In this document: piece by piece, positions 26,160-32,307 of the stretch
Layout of the letters: each line of letters starts with the position of its first letter
Position numbering within the stretch: position 1 is the stretch's first letter
Source: Candidatus Thorarchaeota archaeon
GTDB lineage: Archaea; Asgardarchaeota; Thorarchaeia; Thorarchaeales; Thorarchaeaceae
NCBI GenBank assembly: GCA_011364985.1
Contig: RDOC01000009.1
Coordinates: 1-32,307 of the forward strand
Length of the DNA: 32,307 bases
Direction: 5' to 3'
Notes under the pieces: model-generated
Databases searched by the model: none
The model's input: only the letters and a program-made list of their open reading frames with translations
Told to the model about the DNA's origin: nothing
Translations under genes and position numbers: made by a program

Positions 26160-27794
26160 TTGATGCCTTTGACCCCAACGACGCGCAGAACTGTGTTGAG
26201 GAAGCTGATAGGATCCGGACTCCAAGTGTCTCCTGATGCGCTTGACTACATCCTGAGTCTGGATTCACCACTTATAGCAGTTGAAACAATAATTGCTGAA
26301 TGCGCATCGTCAACATATCCGTCTGTGCTTTCTCTTGAGTATATTAAGGGACAAGTTTCGGAGGATGGATCAGGGATTCATGAGGCCGTGACTCAGGAAT
26401 TTGTTTCAAAGGAAGCAAGTGAAGCTCTGGAATACGCCAGAATCAATCAGGCAGAAACGAATAGTTGGATTATCGAGTTGATCAAGAGTCCATTGGAGGA
26501 TTTGGTTGGGTCTCAGGGCACGGTCGAAGATTTCTTGAGGCTTTTTCGAGACAGATTCAGGAGAATAAGGAGTATATACATGGGGCGAATTGATACTCAA
26601 GGAGCATTTTCTCCGGCTGCAGCAAAATCATTCAGCCGTGATACACGGCGCTTCAGAGCAATGGGTAGAGAGGGAAAGAGAGGACTGAAGCCACCAAGTC
26701 AGAAAGTCATCGGAATTGTGCGAGAGAAGAGTGTATCCAAATCAGGGAATGTGATTGTGGAGATTGAAGACGAAGATGGTGTTCTTAACGCAGTCATACC
26801 AGCAAGAAAGGAAGGGCTAAAGGGGCACGAGCTTGCAGAGAAAGCAAGCTCCATACTCCTTGATGAAATAGTATGTCTTTCAGGGTTTGTCGATGAGGAT
26901 GGGCGAATGATTGCAGACGATGTCATTTTTCCAGACATTCCAACTGCACGCCATGCAGGAAGGGCAGAGAGGGACGTTTATGCAACCTTCGTGTCGGACC
27001 TTCATGTAGGAAGTAACGAGTTTCTAGAAGATGAGTTCGACCATTTCATAGACTGGTTACGTGGACACGATGTGGATGGACCTGACAAGGCAATGGTAGA
27101 GAAAATCCGCTACCTCTTCATAGCAGGAGATCTGGTGGATGGTATAGGCGTATATCCAGAGCAATTTGCAGACTTAGTTATACCAAGCCTGTATGATCAG
27201 TATTCAAAGCTTGCTGAAAAACTTCGTAAATTGCCCGAACGTATTAAAATCATATGTATTCCTGGTAATCACGACGCAAGCAGGCAGGCGCTTCCTAAGC
27301 CCCCAATCCACAAGGAGTTTGCTAAATCTCTATACGACCTAGGCAGCAAAGTTCTAATGGTTGGAGATCCTACCCACATTCGTGTCGAGGGAGTAGATAT
27401 TCTACTAACTCATGGAGACTCCTTGGACGATATGGTGACCAGTATTCCGGGGGCATCATACAAAGATCCAGCTCTACCTATGAAAGCGCTTCTTCGAAAG
27501 CGTCATCTTGCCCCGATTTATGGAGGGAAGACGGAACTTGCTCCTCTTGGCAGAGACTGGATGGTCATAGACAGCGTTCCAGATATTGTGCATTTTGGTC
27601 ATGCACACCATAACGCCAAGGATGCATATCGCGGTGTGATGATAATCAACTCAGGAACTTTTCAGTCTCAAACAGAATTCATGAGAAAGCAGGGAGTTGT
27701 TCCAACACCTGGTATCGTCACTATCATCAACCTAAGAACAGGTGCGGATGAGTTGAAGCTCTTCTACGACTTCTCGCAGCGAGCCCCTATTTGA
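26160..27794 (+). CDS. DNA polymerase D small subunit DP1 (3'-5' exonuclease)
   Basis: OB fold plus calcineurin-like motifs SDLHVGS, AGDLVDGIGVYP, PGNHD, HG, RHLAP and GHAH, and NSGTFQSQT. Confidence 0.97.
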   Translation: MMPLTPTTRRTVLRKLIGSGLQVSPDALDYILSLDSPLIAVETIIAECASSTYPSVLSLEYIKGQVSEDGSGIHEAVTQEFVSKEASEALEYARINQAETNSWIIELIKSPLEDLVGSQGTVEDFLRLFRDRFRRIRSIYMGRIDTQGAFSPAAAKSFSRDTRRFRAMGREGKRGLKPPSQKVIGIVREKSVSKSGNVIVEIEDEDGVLNAVIPARKEGLKGHELAEKASSILLDEIVCLSGFVDEDGRMIADDVIFPDIPTARHAGRAERDVYATFVSDLHVGSNEFLEDEFDHFIDWLRGHDVDGPDKAMVEKIRYLFIAGDLVDGIGVYPEQFADLVIPSLYDQYSKLAEKLRKLPERIKIICIPGNHDASRQALPKPPIHKEFAKSLYDLGSKVLMVGDPTHIRVEGVDILLTHGDSLDDMVTSIPGASYKDPALPMKALLRKRHLAPIYGGKTELAPLGRDWMVIDSVPDIVHFGHAHHNAKDAYRGVMIINSGTFQSQTEFMRKQGVVPTPGIVTIINLRTGADELKLFYDFSQRAPI

Positions 27795-27800
27795 AGCGGA

Positions 27801-29045
27801 TCAGAAGATTTCTTCAGCAATACGACCAAGCCGTATGTCCTCATCCAGAATGGTTCCAATCTGTTTTCGACTGACTGCTAGTCGTATCTTCTTAGTTCTT
27901 CCATAACGGCCTTTTGAGATGACTGTTGTATTTATCAGTCCCAGCATGTCAAGCTCGGAGATTAGGTCTGAGACCCGTCGCTGAGTCAACTTGTCAAGAG
28001 ATAATGCCTGTGCCAAGTCTTGGTAGACATTGTAGCATTCGCCGGTGAAGATGTCCTTCTTACCCTTGTTAGCAAGAGCATATACAGCAAAGAGAACTGC
28101 TTTGGACTGCATGGGAAGAGTCTTCACCGTTTCTGATATGGTATCTCTCTCGATGATCTTCTGGGCTTCACGAACATGCTCTTGGGTGACTATATCATCA
28201 CCTCTTCGCTCTGCCAGTTCTCCAGAGGTTCTGAGAAGGTCCAATGCTCTCCTTGCGTCTCCATGTTCCTGAGCTGCAAGAGCGCCAACAAGATTGATGA
28301 CACCTTCATCTGCAACAGCCTTGTCGTTGAATGCAATGTTTACGCGTTGTTGAAGAATGCCCTTGAGTTCGACTGCATTATAGGGGGCGAAAATGACCTC
28401 CTCCTCGCCCAGTGTGGAGAGAACTCGTGGGTCGAGCATCTCCTTAAACTTCAGGTCGTTACTAATTCCAATTATAGATATCTTGCTTTGCTCCAACTCG
28501 CCATTCATCCGTGTGAGACCATAGAGAATATCGTTTCCCTGACCAACATCACGCTTTACCAAGGAATCTACCTCGTCAAGTACCACGACCATTATGTTTG
28601 ATGATACATCCAGCTTCTTCTTGAAGATAGAGCGAATTTCATCGGTGGGCAGTCCTGTGAAAGGAACCTCGGAGCCATCTGGCATACGCGCCTCAATATC
28701 TTCACAGAGTTTTCTCAGAACTCGATAGTTTGTGCCAACGATGCGGCAGTTGACATATGCTGTGAGAGGCGATTGTACGTTACTTTGATGCGCTTTTCTT
28801 ACAAGGAGAGATAACACGTAGCGGGCAACGACTGTCTTCCCTGTCCCAGTTTTTCCATAGCAGAGTATGTTTGAGGGAGGGGCATTTCGCAGGGCAGGAC
28901 CAAGAATTGACCCAATTCTGTTCATTTGCTCATCCCGATAAGGCAGTTCTTCAGGGACATAGGTAGGTCGTAGGGCATCTCGGTCTCGAAAGATAGCCTG
29001 CCCTTGAAGGAATTTATCGAAGAGTTTGTCTAGTGGTTTTCCCAA
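27801..29045 (-). CDS. cdc6: Orc1/Cdc6 replication initiator
   Basis: Walker A GKTGTGKT, Walker B VVLDEVD, HGDARRALDLL and wHTH LTQRRVSDLISELDMLG...SKGRYGRT. Confidence 0.98.
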   Translation of the reverse strand: MGKPLDKLFDKFLQGQAIFRDRDALRPTYVPEELPYRDEQMNRIGSILGPALRNAPPSNILCYGKTGTGKTVVARYVLSLLVRKAHQSNVQSPLTAYVNCRIVGTNYRVLRKLCEDIEARMPDGSEVPFTGLPTDEIRSIFKKKLDVSSNIMVVVLDEVDSLVKRDVGQGNDILYGLTRMNGELEQSKISIIGISNDLKFKEMLDPRVLSTLGEEEVIFAPYNAVELKGILQQRVNIAFNDKAVADEGVINLVGALAAQEHGDARRALDLLRTSGELAERRGDDIVTQEHVREAQKIIERDTISETVKTLPMQSKAVLFAVYALANKGKKDIFTGECYNVYQDLAQALSLDKLTQRRVSDLISELDMLGLINTTVISKGRYGRTKKIRLAVSRKQIGTILDEDIRLGRIAEEIF

Positions 29046-29080
29046 TATCTCTGCACAGCTCCATGTGAAGGCAAGGCTAG

Positions 29081-29178
29081 TTCCAGTGGATTTCCAGTGG
29101 AGGAACCTATATTTCCACTGGAATTGCTCTCAAGTTAAAGCTGCGTATTACCAGACGGTATACGATCAAATGGAAATA
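29081..29178. promoter_or_regulatory. Cluster of mini-ORB (Orc1/Cdc6-binding) boxes
   Basis: TTCCAGTGGA at 29081 and 29092, inverted TTCCAGTGGAAAT at 29111-29123, and weaker TCAAATGGAAAT at about 29167; directly upstream of cdc6. Confidence 0.8.
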
Positions 29179-29259
29179 ATAATCTATGATGTCACAGAGA
29201 ATTCATCAAGGACTGCATGAGTCTTGAGATTGGTACTAGAAAAAAAGCGGGGCATTTAC

Positions 29260-29898
29260 GTGCGACTCAAGGACTTGGAGATAGCCCTCCAATCAATAGA
29301 ACGTGACACAGAGTTCGATGTAGGCCTAGAGCAGTATCCCACTCCACCCAACATAGCTGCATCAATTCTCTTTGCTGCACACATAGAGAACAGTGATATT
29401 CAAAACAAGGTAGTCTGCGATCTCGGATGTGGAGATGGAATCTTTGCTCTTGGTGCTGCTCTTCTAGGAGCGAAGAGAGTAATTGGTGTTGATGTTCAAT
29501 CCAAAGCCTTAAAGGTTTCTCGAAAAAACGCATTAATGCTGGGAACGGGCGGTACTACAGACTGGGTCCTTGCGGATGTTACATCCTTTGGGATAATTGA
29601 CACTGTTGATACTGTGGTGAGTAATCCTCCCTTTGGGACCAAGAGAAGAGGCGCCGACCTGAGATTCTTAAGCAAAGCGATATCTATTGCAAAGGTAATA
29701 TACAGTCTGCATCTAGCAGGTGAGAAGAACAGAATCTTCCTTGAAGGAGCCATTGAGGCCCTTGGAGGAGTAGTTACACAGATTGAAACCTTCGAGTTTC
29801 CAATTGGCAAGATATATGAATTTCATAAGAAAGAGCAGCATTTGATTGGAGTAGACCTTTATCGGATAGTTGTAGGAGAACGTGAAACGAATGGCTGA
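29260..29898 (+). CDS. METTL5-family RNA methyltransferase
   Basis: LEQYPTP, DLGCGDG, SNPPFGT and YSLH motifs; probable GTG start at 29260. Confidence 0.93.
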   Translation: MRLKDLEIALQSIERDTEFDVGLEQYPTPPNIAASILFAAHIENSDIQNKVVCDLGCGDGIFALGAALLGAKRVIGVDVQSKALKVSRKNALMLGTGGTTDWVLADVTSFGIIDTVDTVVSNPPFGTKRRGADLRFLSKAISIAKVIYSLHLAGEKNRIFLEGAIEALGGVVTQIETFEFPIGKIYEFHKKEQHLIGVDLYRIVVGERETNG

Positions 29899-30622
29899 TG
29901 TAAAGACTGGGGACTTGGTAACCCCTGGAGACCAACTGTGTGTGATAGAGGAGCTATCACCAGGGTATGGTACTTACGAAAAAGACGGGATCGTATTTGC
30001 AGCTACATCTGGCGGAGTATCCATAGACCTAAAGGATAGGGCAATCAGAATCTTAGAACCCAATGGAACGGTTCGACTGCCACTTCCTGTTCAGGGTGAT
30101 ATCCTAATGGGCGAGGCCCTCAATGTATACGAACAGCGCGCTGAGGTGAGTCTGGTCAAGCGTAATGGCAAAGACATCCTAAGCCCACTAGCCGGTGAGA
30201 TTCACATAAGCAATGTTACGAGACGCTTTGTTAGGTCAATGAGCGATGTCATAAGGCCTGGCGACATTGTAAAAGCTGTTGCACTCAATACTCACACTAT
30301 ACCTGTTGAACTGAGTCTGATAGGCCCAGACTTGGGCGTTCTGCTCGCTAAGTGTGTAAAATGCGGAAATGATTTGACGCTCACAACATACAACAATCTC
30401 ATTTGTCTTCGATGTGAGCATCGAGAAACCAGAGAAGTGGCGAAAGAGTATGGTCATATGTTTGGGCTTGAGCAAAGAACCGACTTGGCACCGCGTAGAA
30501 GGTCCTATGACGATAGACGACAAGATAGAGGGCGAAGAGGATCAGGGGGACGAAGAAACAACTACCACTATGGAAACCACAGTAGGAGAAATGGAAGGCC
30601 GCGAAGAGACAGTAGGAGATGA
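29891..30622 (+). CDS. csl4: Exosome RNA-binding subunit Csl4
   Basis: VTPGDQL...PGYGTYE, an S1 domain (IHIS...RPGDIVKA) and the LGV..AKC..CG...C..C...ETR Zn ribbon. Confidence 0.95.
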   Translation: MADVKTGDLVTPGDQLCVIEELSPGYGTYEKDGIVFAATSGGVSIDLKDRAIRILEPNGTVRLPLPVQGDILMGEALNVYEQRAEVSLVKRNGKDILSPLAGEIHISNVTRRFVRSMSDVIRPGDIVKAVALNTHTIPVELSLIGPDLGVLLAKCVKCGNDLTLTTYNNLICLRCEHRETREVAKEYGHMFGLEQRTDLAPRRRSYDDRRQDRGRRGSGGRRNNYHYGNHSRRNGRPRRDSRR

Positions 30623-30918
30623 TAATACCAATGAAACCGAGATTAATTGAGCATGAGAGAGCGGAATTGAGGATTGAGTTTCAAGAAGAAGACCATGGGT
30701 TTTGCAACCTCTTGCGAACAACCCTACTTGAGGAGCCATCGGTTGAGTTTGCAGGTTATAACATCGAACATCCACTTCTGGCTAGCCCTGTGGTGACACT
30801 CAGGACAAAAAGAAGACAAGCAAATGTGGTCCTACGTGAGGCGCTTGAGAAAATGTTGGCGCGTACTGAGGAGTTCAGAAAAGCCTTCAATCGATCAGTA
30901 GCGGATCATGTGGATTAG
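30619..30918 (+). CDS. rpoL: RNA polymerase subunit L (Rpo11)
   Basis: EDHGFCNLL...VEFAGYNIEHPL motif. Confidence 0.95.
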   Translation: MIIPMKPRLIEHERAELRIEFQEEDHGFCNLLRTTLLEEPSVEFAGYNIEHPLLASPVVTLRTKRRQANVVLREALEKMLARTEEFRKAFNRSVADHVD

Positions 30919-30947
30919 AGCTTGAAACTGACTGCCGGTGATTATGC

Positions 30948-31361
30948 ATGTGGCGTTTTTTAGGTGACCACCAAACAGTTGAAGGAATTCTTCGTGACAA
31001 GGACCTAGCAAAGCTTGGTGACAGCCTTGTGAACCTGTGCTATTCGCTGGCGAAGTCGCAAATAATAGGGAAGCCAACGGGAGAGAAAGTGAGAGACAAG
31101 GTCTTAGCAAGGGCAATCAGGGAAACTCCAATCTACGACAAGTACAGTCGAAGGACAGACGCAGGACGCGCAGCCGATGCCTATGAAGCTGCGATAGCCT
31201 ATCTGTGGCTCAAAGAGAAGGTGACCATAGAGAAAATTGTGGGGTCTTTGGTCACCAATATGACGAATGAAATAGATGTGAGTAGAAGGCATGAGAATGA
31301 GATTTCTTCTCAGGCATTTCAACGGCTTCTAGAGGAACTGATCCATCTATTACCTAGGTAG
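30948..31361 (+). CDS. Archaeal RNase III-like family protein
   Basis: DKDLAKLGDSLVNL...ADAYEAAIAYLW; conserved position after rpoL. Confidence 0.85.
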   Translation: MWRFLGDHQTVEGILRDKDLAKLGDSLVNLCYSLAKSQIIGKPTGEKVRDKVLARAIRETPIYDKYSRRTDAGRAADAYEAAIAYLWLKEKVTIEKIVGSLVTNMTNEIDVSRRHENEISSQAFQRLLEELIHLLPR

Positions 31362-31444
31362 GCTCATGCAAAGAATTGTGGTGCCTTCAGGAAGCCTTAA
31401 TTTGAAAAGAAGAGGTGAAGTCGAAAGCTTGGAGGCTGTGACAA

Positions 31445-31774
31445 GTGCAGTTCTGTGAAGAGTGTGGTGCAATGATGGTTCCCTTTACAGAGGAAGATGG
31501 CACCAGAGCTTTGAGATGCCGGAGTTGCGGGCACACAAAACCCATTGATGGAAAGCTCACAGTTTCTCAGAACATCGAGAAGACTCCCAGAGATAGAATT
31601 GTCATTGTAGATGATGACTCAATTCCAATGCCAGTGACAAAGGCAACTTGTCCAAAGTGTGGCAATAATGATGCCTATTATTGGACTGTCCAGACTCGAC
31701 GAGGCGATGAAGGAGCAACAGAGTTCTACAGATGCACAGAGTGCAAGCATACTTGGCGCAACTACGGTGGCTAG
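31445..31774 (+). CDS. tfs: Transcription elongation factor TFS
   Basis: Two Zn ribbons; QTRRGDEG acidic hairpin is intact. Confidence 0.96.
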   Translation: MQFCEECGAMMVPFTEEDGTRALRCRSCGHTKPIDGKLTVSQNIEKTPRDRIVIVDDDSIPMPVTKATCPKCGNNDAYYWTVQTRRGDEGATEFYRCTECKHTWRNYGG

Positions 31775-31888
31775 TGATACTTCCATCGTACTGGTTACGA
31801 GTGATACATTTATAGACCAAGGGCATATTGGCCACTAGCGGACTTAATATCCAGCTCTACTATTACTAGGAATGATGAGGATACTGGC

Positions 31889-32260
31889 TTGACTGAGGAG
31901 AAGAAATTTCCACGAATAAAACCAGCAAAACTCTCGACAGTAAGGAATTTGTCAGCCGAAACTGAGGGGCCTGTGAAGATAATCGGAATTGTTATTGAAT
32001 CAAGTCTAGGAATGGCACTGATTCAGGACATTCTCGATGATGTGGACAAGGCGGGAAGGATTATTGCCACTGTCGAAGGAACCCTCAATGAAACCGAGAA
32101 GTACATACTAATAGGCAACACCACCGAAAAGGATGGTAAAAAAGGAAAAGAACTCAGATTTGCGGCAAATCTGGCGTATAATGTCAATGACTTGGACATC
32201 AAAACCTACAAAGAGGTCTTGGAGCTGGAGTCCGAAGTAGTAAAAACACTGAGTAGATAA
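31889..32260 (+). CDS. Single OB-fold protein (RPA small subunit-like)
   Basis: VKIIGIVI...ALIQD...YILIG beta-strand pattern, 123 aa, with C-terminal helix DIKTYKEVLELE. Confidence 0.6.
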   Translation: MTEEKKFPRIKPAKLSTVRNLSAETEGPVKIIGIVIESSLGMALIQDILDDVDKAGRIIATVEGTLNETEKYILIGNTTEKDGKKGKELRFAANLAYNVNDLDIKTYKEVLELESEVVKTLSR

Positions 32261-32276
32261 TTAAGGAGGAGCCGAA

Positions 32277-32307
32277 ATGTTTCATGCAACGCTTGACAGT
32301 ACGAAGA
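32277..32307 (+). CDS. Probable PCNA sliding clamp, 5' fragment
   Basis: GGAGGA RBS then MFHATLDSTK, resembling the MF.A N-terminus of PCNA; tfs-pcn synteny is common. Only 10 codons are visible. Confidence 0.55.
   Translation, partial: MFHATLDSTK

Overview
Archaeal chromosomal segment. PolD DP1, an Fe-S TFEbeta/RPC34 homolog, intron-containing tRNAs and the overall gene style fit an Asgard archaeon such as Thorarchaeia; that assignment is my inference, not tested. Two blocks of core information-processing genes flank an accessory region. The left block holds tfeB-like, gar1, srp19, pyrB, kae1-bud32-rps15-DHH-pcc1, FAU-1 and rps3ae. The right block holds glmM, phoU, DP1, cdc6 with upstream ORB-like boxes, METTL5-csl4-rpoL-RNase III-like, tfs, an OB-fold protein and the probable start of PCNA. 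Four tRNA genes are present: Pro-TGG with two BHB introns, Thr-GGT, Leu-TAG and Ser-CGA with one intron. The accessory region (about 14.5-23.5 kb) around tRNA-Leu and tRNA-Ser contains decayed genes, a tRNA-Leu 3' fragment, a secreted subtilase, an MNT(-HEPN-like) protein and a transglutaminase-like gene pair. The most striking signal is an ungapped 147-bp direct repeat (17182-17328 and 21190-21336). Each copy joins the tRNA-Ser 3' end tail-to-tail with the 3' end of a tnpB gene. This suggests tandem tRNA-targeting cargo elements whose TnpB omegaRNA guide would be the tRNA attachment site itself.
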